Positions 41,374-49,629 of a DNA stretch of 64,000 nucleotides are shown here, piece after piece. The position numbers and the translations under genes were made by a program. Positions within the stretch are counted from its first letter, which is position 1; each line of letters begins with the position of its first letter. The DNA is from Promineifilum sp. (lineage in GTDB: Bacteria > Chloroflexota > Anaerolineae > Promineifilales > Promineifilaceae): NCBI GenBank assembly GCA_019454405.1, contig JACFOH010000013.1:5653-69652 (forward strand). The letters are read 5' to 3'. A model generated the notes under the pieces. The model ran no database searches and was not told the origin of the DNA. It was given only the letters and a program-made list of their open reading frames with translations.

Positions 41374-41955
41374 TTAGGCCTTGGCTTCCGGATCGGAGGT
41401 GGGCGCTTGCGCGTTCCTCTGCAATCGCTGGCCCAATTCTTCCAACATGCTGCCCAGATCGTGCCGAGACGTCTTCTTGTCTTCCAGCCAGGCGCTAACG
41501 GTTAGCAGCTCGGCGCGAAGGTCGTCGTCCCGTTGCCGGGCTTGTTCTTCCAGCAGGCGTATCCGATCCCGACTCTCCGTCTGGATGCGGTCCAGCTTTG
41601 CCTCAAGCGCCTGGCGCATGCCTTCCAGCTGCTCGTTGACGTCGGTTGTTAGCTGTTCGATCCGCTCGCTTAACAATTGGACTTCTTTGTCGACACGGTT
41701 ATGGGCTTCCTTGCGCAGGGTAGTCGTTTGGTCGGTCGATGACTTGGCTAGCGATTGGATCAGTGAGTCCTGTTCGGTTTTTAACTCGCGGCGAAGACTT
41801 TCCAGGCGCCCGTCGATATCACTGAATCGCCGTGCGAAGTCACGAGCCTGGTTGCCGAATATGAGATCCCTGAGGACCTCCAATTCGCCGGGATTTCCGT
41901 CTGGTCCTGCGGGGAGAGAAGAGGCATCAGGCTCCTTATCTACTTGCTTTGCCAC
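41374..41955 (-). CDS. All-helical coiled-coil protein
   Basis: GGAGG RBS with GTG start; continuous heptad pattern; LRDLIFG N-terminal motif. Confidence 0.8.
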   Translation of the reverse strand: MAKQVDKEPDASSLPAGPDGNPGELEVLRDLIFGNQARDFARRFSDIDGRLESLRRELKTEQDSLIQSLAKSSTDQTTTLRKEAHNRVDKEVQLLSERIEQLTTDVNEQLEGMRQALEAKLDRIQTESRDRIRLLEEQARQRDDDLRAELLTVSAWLEDKKTSRHDLGSMLEELGQRLQRNAQAPTSDPEAKA

Positions 41956-42113
41956 TGCATACCTCCAATGTAATGCTAATAATTGCAGTCATTATATACG
42001 CAGGACACCAAGGCTTCAATGTCGGGGTATATTCGGGCTGTCATCCGATGGGCGAGGAGCGTATTGATACTAAGAGGACAGATTGCCAAGGACGTAGAGG
42101 ATTGAGCGTCAGG

Positions 42114-42740
42114 CTATTCGTCGATGTCGCTGATACCGTGGCCAGGGAGGTCTGGGGACGTCTCTATGACTAGTGAATCCGGCTCAATTGCCAGACCAAG
42201 TTCGACCTCTTCCAGGTACGATAAAGTATCGGGCTGAAAGCGTAGCAAGTTGCGCTCTCTTTCCAATTCATATGCCAGCGAATATTCCTTGCGGGCGATA
42301 CGAAGACCGCGCCAGGTGCAATTCCGGCAGGCGTAGCGATAGGCGGGCACGCCGATCAATCCATAAAGACGATCGTTGAAGTGCCGTTTCACGCGAACCA
42401 AATCCTGTTCCTTGCAATCAGGACACCCCGTGCCGAACCAAAGGCGTTTGTTCCTGTTCAGACGCAATCGAATCAGAAGAGCGAAAATAATTAGAACGGC
42501 CAGCGCTCCAAAGAAGACGAAGAAAGAATTCTTTCCACCGGCCAGCCAACTGAGGACGGGGCCGGCTACCGGCCATCGTGACAGGGTGCGTAGCGCTGCC
42601 GCGTCCAGAAAATTCACCGCGATGGCCGCCACCGCCAGCAACGGCAAGACGACCAGCCCGATTTTTTCCAAGGTGTAAGCCCCTCGCCACGGAATCGGTT
42701 CGGACTTGTTGAATACGAGAGGCTCCGTTGATATACCCAT
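42114..42740 (-). CDS. 2-TM membrane protein with cytoplasmic Zn ribbon
   Basis: Two TM segments, then CPDC...YRYACRNC; related to the C-terminus of 14134-15822. Confidence 0.75.
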   Translation of the reverse strand: MGISTEPLVFNKSEPIPWRGAYTLEKIGLVVLPLLAVAAIAVNFLDAAALRTLSRWPVAGPVLSWLAGGKNSFFVFFGALAVLIIFALLIRLRLNRNKRLWFGTGCPDCKEQDLVRVKRHFNDRLYGLIGVPAYRYACRNCTWRGLRIARKEYSLAYELERERNLLRFQPDTLSYLEEVELGLAIEPDSLVIETSPDLPGHGISDIDE

Positions 42741-42795
42741 TTACTTGATACTAGATAAGTTGTCTTACAAAAACTATTAATCAGATGCCATACCG

Positions 42796-42836
42796 GTCAG
42801 GAGCCGGCCCTTATTCGGTTTCGGCTGGCTCCTGAC
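42796..42836 (-). terminator. Hairpin downstream of the surface lipoprotein gene
   Basis: GTCAGGAGCCGGCC / GGCTGGCTCCTGAC stem; no clear U tract. Confidence 0.55.
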
Positions 42837-42849
42837 ACGGCGATGAGGT

Positions 42850-44631
42850 TTAGTCCATGTGTTGCCAGCCAAAATCGACGGTCAGACGTTGCTCGCCCAG
42901 GGCTAACCGGATGCCTTGCCGGCCCGTGCCGGGCGCGGGCCAGGTCCAGTTGCCCGGGATAAGCAAGTCTACGTTTTCACTCGAGAGGGCGTCGACCGCT
43001 ACACAGTAGATGCCTGCATCCAGCCCTTCGAAGCGGTAGATCCCCTTCTCATCGGATACGGTAGTGGCCAGCCGGCTGGCGGGGGTGGGAATGCCGCCTT
43101 CCGGGCATGCCCCCTGACCCAGGATAAGGGTTATGCCCGGCAAAGGTCGCTCGCTGGCGTCAAAAGTTCCATTCGCTCGATAGAATCCGCTGCCTGATTC
43201 AGTCTCTACGCAACCCCGTGAAGGCGTGCCGTTGGTCAGGAAACAGACATCCGACCATAACACGCCGCCGATGACCGCTGAACCGGGGGCGGGCGTTCCG
43301 ATGAATGTCGCTGATGCGTCGACAACGATCTGCACCCAGAAGGCGTCGTTGGCCTCCCCGTTGATGCCGAACACATTGCCTTCGGCGTCGCTCAATTGCC
43401 AATTGCTCCTATAGGTCCCTGGCGTGCCGGGCGAAGTGAGCGTGGCCATGACGTCGAGAGTCTGCCCGGGTGAGACTGCTTTCCCTAACGGTATAGCGGT
43501 CGCTCCCATCGCATCGCCGCCGATGAAGGACACCGTGTACTCCTTCGTCCACGGGCATGTGCCGTTATTTCGCAACCGCCACCCGGCTACGAATTCCACG
43601 TTGGGAGGAAATGCGGAGTTATCGGGAACGGTCAAGTCCTGGACATATTCGAAACTGTTGACGCAATCCTTCGCCGATTCCGGCACCGGCAAAAAGAGGA
43701 AATCATAACCGAAGTTGATACCCGCCAGGCTCTCCCCTTCCTCAAGATTAACTGTGACGCTGTTTGTGGGAACCCCGTTGCTTGTCGGGGAAGTCAGGAT
43801 GCCTTCTTCCAGTATGGCGGCGTTGTCTTCATCGTCGGTATCCAGGAAGACGCAGTAGGTATCGGGGGTCAGATCCTCGAAGCTATAAGCGCCGGATTCA
43901 TCGGTTGTGGCGAATATCTCATCGCCCTCCGTGGCCGATGTGCAATCCCCGGCCAGCAAGCTGATCTTGACGCCGGGGATGCCCGGCTCTCCCTCCTGGA
44001 ACTTCCCGTCTGCCTGGACGGTTTCACCGTCAGGAGACGGCACGCAACCTTTTTCTTCTGTGGCGTCATTAACGGCCGTGCCTGTCTGGGAACAGAGGTC
44101 GTGCCAGACGAATCCGCTGATGCTTGGGTTAACGTTGTTTAGCGTATTGTCGGTGTCGAGGGTGAAAGAGCCTGTAACGCCGTTGACCGAGACCTGGTAA
44201 GTTCCGGCTGCCAGCCCGTCCACGTCCAGCGAGATAGATTGTTCGAAGGGGACGACCATCTGCGCGCAAGCCGGATCGGGCTGGCGCAACGTCGTGATAG
44301 CCACCCGGAAGGTGTCGCCCGTCAATTGACTGATGACCTCGTCGATCTGGGTGCAGGTATCCGGCAAGTCGCCGGCCGCTACGACGTTGACCTGAACCGG
44401 AAACGACTCCATAACCAGTACATCAATGCCGTTAATCACCGCTTGCCCGCGCGATGGCTCATTGGAGCCGGGAACGGGCGTCGGTTCGGAAGTGGGTTCG
44501 GCCGTCGGCGTGGCGGTCGCCTTCCCCGCGCCCATGTTACAGGCCGTCAATATGATAAGCGTACCAATCAGCATAGCCAGGGACACGCCTTTCAGGCGAG
44601 CAGCCGGCTTTTTCATTGCCTTTTGATTCAT
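42850..44631 (-). CDS. Surface lipoprotein with two SdrD-B-like Ig domains and an NBR1-Ig-like domain
   Basis: Lipobox LTAC; ISGFVWHD..GEPGIPGV..TTDESGAYSF; DLTVPD..WRLRNNGTCPW..PGTYRSNWQL. Confidence 0.8.
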   Translation of the reverse strand: MNQKAMKKPAARLKGVSLAMLIGTLIILTACNMGAGKATATPTAEPTSEPTPVPGSNEPSRGQAVINGIDVLVMESFPVQVNVVAAGDLPDTCTQIDEVISQLTGDTFRVAITTLRQPDPACAQMVVPFEQSISLDVDGLAAGTYQVSVNGVTGSFTLDTDNTLNNVNPSISGFVWHDLCSQTGTAVNDATEEKGCVPSPDGETVQADGKFQEGEPGIPGVKISLLAGDCTSATEGDEIFATTDESGAYSFEDLTPDTYCVFLDTDDEDNAAILEEGILTSPTSNGVPTNSVTVNLEEGESLAGINFGYDFLFLPVPESAKDCVNSFEYVQDLTVPDNSAFPPNVEFVAGWRLRNNGTCPWTKEYTVSFIGGDAMGATAIPLGKAVSPGQTLDVMATLTSPGTPGTYRSNWQLSDAEGNVFGINGEANDAFWVQIVVDASATFIGTPAPGSAVIGGVLWSDVCFLTNGTPSRGCVETESGSGFYRANGTFDASERPLPGITLILGQGACPEGGIPTPASRLATTVSDEKGIYRFEGLDAGIYCVAVDALSSENVDLLIPGNWTWPAPGTGRQGIRLALGEQRLTVDFGWQHMD

Positions 44632-44705
44632 ATTACTCTCCTCGAGTGTTAAAGCGCCTTGTCGTCAGAGATTTGACTATGGACTGCGCTAAATAACCCC
44701 ATGAA

Positions 44706-45500
44706 TTATTTTCCATCCCGCACAATCGCCATCACTTCATCAAACAGGAGGCCGTTCGTGGCGATTGCTTCGCCGCCGAAGATGGTTGGCGTTCCTTGCC
44801 AATCCGTAAATGTGCCGCCGGCCTCTTCAAGGATAACTTGTAATGGCCCACAATCCCAGATGGCCATAACGGGATCGAGCATAACCTCAGCCCGGCCGGT
44901 GGCAACAAGCGCGTAGCCGTAAGCGTCTCCCCATGTTCGCTGGATATAGGTTGAATCGATGAGGCGTTGGAAAGCACCCTGCCGATTGTAGAGAGAAAAA
45001 GTGTTCAGGTCGCTGGCTAGCAGAACGGCCTCAGATAGATTGGAGACGTTTGATACCCTTGCCGGACGGCCGTTCCAGTAACAGCCCCGGCCACGAGCCG
45101 CGTAAACCATATCGTTTAGTCCGGGGAAGTGCATCACACCCAGGACCGGTTCGGTATCCTTCACCAGCGCCAGCAGCACGGCGTAGAGAGGCACTCCGCT
45201 AATATAGGATTTTGTGCCGTCGATGGGGTCGATGACCCAGGTATACCCTTCGCTTCCGCGCGCGCCTTCAGTGTGCCCGTATTCCTCGCCGATCAGCGAA
45301 TGTTCGGGCCAGCGTTCCGTAATGAGGCGACGAAGAATCTGTTCGGTCTCACGGTCGGCGATGGTCACCGGTGAATCGTCGGCTTTACGCTCGGCCACCA
45401 GACCCGTCTGGAAATGAGCCAGCGTGACGCGACCGGCTTGCCAGGCGGCATCAAGGGCGAAATGAAGCAATGTGTCGAGAGAGGGATCGGGTTTTGACAT
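44706..45500 (-). CDS. hisN: Histidinol-phosphatase of the inositol monophosphatase family
   Basis: KADDSPVTIADR, GEE, WVIDPIDGTKS, WGDAYGY, WD. Confidence 0.8.
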   Translation of the reverse strand: MSKPDPSLDTLLHFALDAAWQAGRVTLAHFQTGLVAERKADDSPVTIADRETEQILRRLITERWPEHSLIGEEYGHTEGARGSEGYTWVIDPIDGTKSYISGVPLYAVLLALVKDTEPVLGVMHFPGLNDMVYAARGRGCYWNGRPARVSNVSNLSEAVLLASDLNTFSLYNRQGAFQRLIDSTYIQRTWGDAYGYALVATGRAEVMLDPVMAIWDCGPLQVILEEAGGTFTDWQGTPTIFGGEAIATNGLLFDEVMAIVRDGK

Positions 45501-45517
45501 CGGCGATCTATCAGGGT

Positions 45518-46555
45518 TTACGCTTGCCGGGGGTAGGCCAACATAACGTTCTCGATGACCAACCGGGCGTTGGCATTCTGGTTTAGTTGGCGCAATGCGA
45601 TTTCCGTTTGGCGCAACGCTGCCAGGACTCCGCTTTTTAACCAGTGTTCTGTCAACTCGTGGAGTAACTCGATTTCGTCAATATTGGTGATGCGTTCGGC
45701 CGGGGTCTTTCGATTAAATGACAGGAGTGTCAGATCGCGCCACCAACTCAGCCAGGTCTGCAGCAGCGATGGTAATGACTCTGCTTTATGGCTTAACGAT
45801 TCGGCTAGCGCGAAGCGAACGACCAGGCTTCCCGGTAATGTCTGATGTAACGCTTCCAGTTGTGTCCGGCGCGCCTGCAGGAGAGCGGGATCGTTGTGGG
45901 CGCGGATCGCCCACCCTAAGCGGCCGTCGGCCAGGTGCGCCAACAGGTTGGCGTCTTCCGGGCGGACGTGATGTCGCGTCATCAACGTTTCCTCAATCAG
46001 CATCGTCGGTACTGGACGGAGTTTCACCGTCCGGCAGCGCGAGTTGACCGTTGGCAATATCGTGTCGCTATCCATCGCTGTCAGCAGCAGGATGACGTTG
46101 CTGGGAGGTTCTTCCAAGGTCTTGAGAAAGGCGTTGGCGGCGTTCGGGTTAGCTGTATCGAAGCGCTTCAATAAGGCTACCTTGTAGCGGGCTTCATAGG
46201 CCGAGAGACTCAAATCCTGTTGTAGCCGCCTGATTTGCTCGATTTTGATCGATTGTATTCCCCGATCGCTGATCTCCGGCAGGACAACCCGTACGTCGGG
46301 GTGTTTGTCCTCCAGGATCAGCTTGCACGAACGACATATACCGCATGGCCGTCGCCCTTGTTCGGCGGTGCAATTCAAGGCTTGGGCAAACGTCCGCGCC
46401 AGGGTCATCTTGCCGATGCTGTCCGGCCCGGTGATCAGGTAAGCGTGGCCAATGCGTTCATGTGCGATGGCACCGCTCAATAAACGGGCTGCCCACTCAT
46501 GGCCGGCGATCTGCTGCCAGCCTGGCGCGAGGGAATCCATGATGGAATTGTACAT
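45518..46555 (-). CDS. holB: DNA polymerase III delta' subunit
   Basis: HAYLITG..IGK, C..C..C..C Zn module, HPD, AANAFLKTLEEP, SRC; start may be 46540. Confidence 0.93.
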   Translation of the reverse strand: MYNSIMDSLAPGWQQIAGHEWAARLLSGAIAHERIGHAYLITGPDSIGKMTLARTFAQALNCTAEQGRRPCGICRSCKLILEDKHPDVRVVLPEISDRGIQSIKIEQIRRLQQDLSLSAYEARYKVALLKRFDTANPNAANAFLKTLEEPPSNVILLLTAMDSDTILPTVNSRCRTVKLRPVPTMLIEETLMTRHHVRPEDANLLAHLADGRLGWAIRAHNDPALLQARRTQLEALHQTLPGSLVVRFALAESLSHKAESLPSLLQTWLSWWRDLTLLSFNRKTPAERITNIDEIELLHELTEHWLKSGVLAALRQTEIALRQLNQNANARLVIENVMLAYPRQA

Positions 46556-46601
46556 CAGCCCTATAAAAGACGAAAACGCGCCCTCTGTTATAATCAGCTT
46601 T

Positions 46602-48155
46602 ATGGAACCTTTGCTAATCTCCGGTGAAAATCTGCACGTTGATGATGTTGTCGCCGTCGCTCAAGGGCGACCGGCGGCCCTCGATCCTGTCGCCCTGCCA
46701 CGCATGGAGCGTTCGCGCGCGGCCGTCGAGCGTTTGGTCGCCGAGGAGCGAGTGGTATATGGCATCACGACAGGATTCGGCCGTTTCAAGGATCGCATTA
46801 TCTCGCCCGATGAAGTTCGCCAGCTGCAACTAAATCTCGTTCGTAGCCATGCGGTTGGCGTTGGCCCCGATCTGTCGCAGGAGGCCGTTCGCGCGATTAT
46901 GCTGGTCCGGGCCAATACCCTGGCTCTTGGCCATTCCGGCGCGCGACCGGTTATCGTGCGTCTTTTGCTGGACATGCTCAACGCCGGAGTCACGCCTCGC
47001 ATCCCGTCCCAGGGTTCGCTGGGGGCTAGTGGCGATCTCGCACCGTTGGCCCATCTCGCCCTGGTCATCATTGGCGAAGGGGAGGCGACCGTCGATGGCC
47101 GCCTCATGAGTGGCGGCGCGGCGTTGGCTTTGGCCGGATTGCAACCAGTCGAACTGAACGCCAAAGAGGGATTGGCTCTCTTGAATGGAACGGCCCTGAT
47201 GGTGGGCATGGGCGCTCTTCTTGTTCGTCGAGCTATCAATCTGGCGCTGACGGCCGATATCGCCGCTTCCCTGTCGCTGGAGGCCCTTCATGGGACTGAC
47301 CGCGCCTATGATCCGCGGGTCCACGCTCTGCGACCCCACCCGCGCCAGATCAAATGTGCTGAGTTCCTGCGCCGCGTCCTCACCGGAAGCCGGTATCTGC
47401 GCCTCGACGATCCGCATAACGTTCAGGATCCTTATACCTTGCGCTGCGTTCCTCAGGTTCACGGGGCCGTTCGCGATTCGATAGCTTATACTCAGTGGGT
47501 GATCGATATCGAATTGAACACGGTTAACGACAACCCGATCATCTTTGCCGACGATACGGGCGAGATCGACGTCGTTTCGGCGGGGAATTTCCATGGCGAG
47601 CCGGTGGCTCTGGCGATGGATTACGCCGCGCTGGGCCTGACCGAATTGGGTAATATGAGCGAGCGGCGTTGCGCTCGGCTGGTCGATGCGGACAGCAATG
47701 GCGGGATATTGCCGATGTTTCTGACCGACCAGGGTGGATTGGAGAGCGGCATGATGATGGCCCAATATACCGCCGCCGCCCTGGCCTCGGAGAACAAGGT
47801 GTTGGCCCACCCCGCCAGCGCCGACACCATCCCGACCAGCGCCAACGTTGAGGATCACGTAAGCATGGGCGCGACGGCCGTGCGCCAGGCGTGGCAGATT
47901 CTGGAACATACGGAGACCATCGTCGGTATCGAGCTATTGTTGGCAGCGCAAGGGATCGATTTTCGCCGCCAGACGATGGGTTTGACTGTCGAAGATATGG
48001 GAGAGGGCACTCGGGTGGCTTATGGATTGATACGCGAGCGCGTGCCGTTTGTGGACTCTGACCGAACGCTCTACCCACTCATCGAAGAGGCGCGGCGCCT
48101 CGTGGCCGGCGGCACCCTCAAGCGGGCTGTCGAAGAGCGCCTGGGGATGGATTGA
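46602..48155 (+). CDS. hutH: Histidine ammonia-lyase
   Basis: YGITTGFG, RSH specificity pair, GASGDL (MIO), QDPYTLRC, GNFHG, EDHVSMG; extended -10 TGnTATAAT 7 nt before ATG. Confidence 0.93.
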   Translation: MEPLLISGENLHVDDVVAVAQGRPAALDPVALPRMERSRAAVERLVAEERVVYGITTGFGRFKDRIISPDEVRQLQLNLVRSHAVGVGPDLSQEAVRAIMLVRANTLALGHSGARPVIVRLLLDMLNAGVTPRIPSQGSLGASGDLAPLAHLALVIIGEGEATVDGRLMSGGAALALAGLQPVELNAKEGLALLNGTALMVGMGALLVRRAINLALTADIAASLSLEALHGTDRAYDPRVHALRPHPRQIKCAEFLRRVLTGSRYLRLDDPHNVQDPYTLRCVPQVHGAVRDSIAYTQWVIDIELNTVNDNPIIFADDTGEIDVVSAGNFHGEPVALAMDYAALGLTELGNMSERRCARLVDADSNGGILPMFLTDQGGLESGMMMAQYTAAALASENKVLAHPASADTIPTSANVEDHVSMGATAVRQAWQILEHTETIVGIELLLAAQGIDFRRQTMGLTVEDMGEGTRVAYGLIRERVPFVDSDRTLYPLIEEARRLVAGGTLKRAVEERLGMD

Positions 48156-48314
48156 GCGGCGAGTGCCCTACATCCGCGACTCTGTCGGGTTATGACCGGG
48201 CAAGGTACAATCTGCCCGTGCGATTGATTATTGATACCACGTGCGGTTGGGCCGCGACGTTTTCGCCGGCCCAGATCTGTGCGTGACAAATCGTTTATGC
48301 TTATGAGGTAAGAC

Positions 48315-49583
48315 ATGAGAGATGTCGTGATTATTGACAGTGTGCGGACGGCTATCGGCCGCCATGGTGGCGCGCTGTCCAATATGCGGCCCGACGATAT
48401 GGCCGCGCTCGTCATCAAGGAAATCGTCGATCGGACGGGGATCGCTCCTGACGAGGTAGAAGAGGTTTACTTCGGCTGCGCCAATCAGGCGGGTGAAGAT
48501 AACCGCAACGTGGCGCGAATGGGGGCGCTATTGGCCGGATTACCGCACTCGGTCGCCGGCGTGACGATGAACCGCCTGTGCGCCAGCGGGCTGAACGCTG
48601 TTAATCAGGCCGCTCGCGCCATCCGTAGCGGAGAGGGCGAAGTATATATCGCCGGCGGTGTGGAGAGCATGACTCGCGCGCCTTATTCGTTGCCCAAGAA
48701 TAGCCGCGCCTTCGGCCCGTCGGGCAATGTGACCGCCTGGGATACGACGCTCGGCTGGCGCTACCCCAATCCGAAGATGGAAGCGCTCTTCCCGCTGGAA
48801 GCCATGGGCGAGACGGCCGAGAATATCTACGAGATGAGCCGCGAGGGCGCCATCGCCGGCGGCGAGATCACCCGCCAGGATCAGGACGCGTTCGCCCTGG
48901 AGAGCCAACGCCGGACGATGGACGCGATTAATAAAGGCTATTTCCGGAGCCAGATCGTGCCCGCCGTGTTTCCCATGCGCAAGGGGGATCCCATTGTGTT
49001 CGACACCGATGAGCACCCCCGCATTAAAAAAGGCAACGAAGGCTATATGCTCGATACCGACATGGACACGCTGGCCAAGTTGAAGCCGGCCTTCCGGCAG
49101 GGAGGCACGGTTACCGCCGGTAATTCCAGCGGTTTGAACGACGGCGCGGCAGCTTTGCTTATTATGTCAAGCGAGCGAGCCGAAGCGTTAGGTATGCAAC
49201 CGGTGGCGCGATGGGTTGCTTCGGCCGCGACCGGCGTTGATCCGCGCACGATGGGATTAGGCCCCGTTCCGGCGACGCGCAAGGTATTGCATCGGACCGG
49301 CATGACCCTGGCCGATATCGACCTCATCGAACTCAACGAAGCCTTTGCTGTGCAATCTCTGGCGGTGATGCGTGAGTTGGGTATGCGGCCGGAGATTACC
49401 AACGTCAATGGTGGGGCTATCGCGTTGGGCCATCCGTTGGGTTGTTCCGGGGCGCGTATCCTGACGACATTGCTCCACGAGATGAAGCGTCGCCGCGACG
49501 CGGGTGAAACAATGCGCTATGGCTTGGCGACCCTGTGCGTCGGCGTTGGACAAGGTGAGGCGACGATCGTCGAATTACTCTGA
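48315..49583 (+). CDS. Thiolase (acetyl-CoA C-acyltransferase, PcaF/PaaJ-like)
   Basis: [39 protein letters not shown]. Confidence 0.93.
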   Translation: MRDVVIIDSVRTAIGRHGGALSNMRPDDMAALVIKEIVDRTGIAPDEVEEVYFGCANQAGEDNRNVARMGALLAGLPHSVAGVTMNRLCASGLNAVNQAARAIRSGEGEVYIAGGVESMTRAPYSLPKNSRAFGPSGNVTAWDTTLGWRYPNPKMEALFPLEAMGETAENIYEMSREGAIAGGEITRQDQDAFALESQRRTMDAINKGYFRSQIVPAVFPMRKGDPIVFDTDEHPRIKKGNEGYMLDTDMDTLAKLKPAFRQGGTVTAGNSSGLNDGAAALLIMSSERAEALGMQPVARWVASAATGVDPRTMGLGPVPATRKVLHRTGMTLADIDLIELNEAFAVQSLAVMRELGMRPEITNVNGGAIALGHPLGCSGARILTTLLHEMKRRRDAGETMRYGLATLCVGVGQGEATIVELL

Positions 49584-49629
49584 TAATCGGGGCAGTAACC
49601 CGGATAGATAACGAACATGCCGCGCGATG

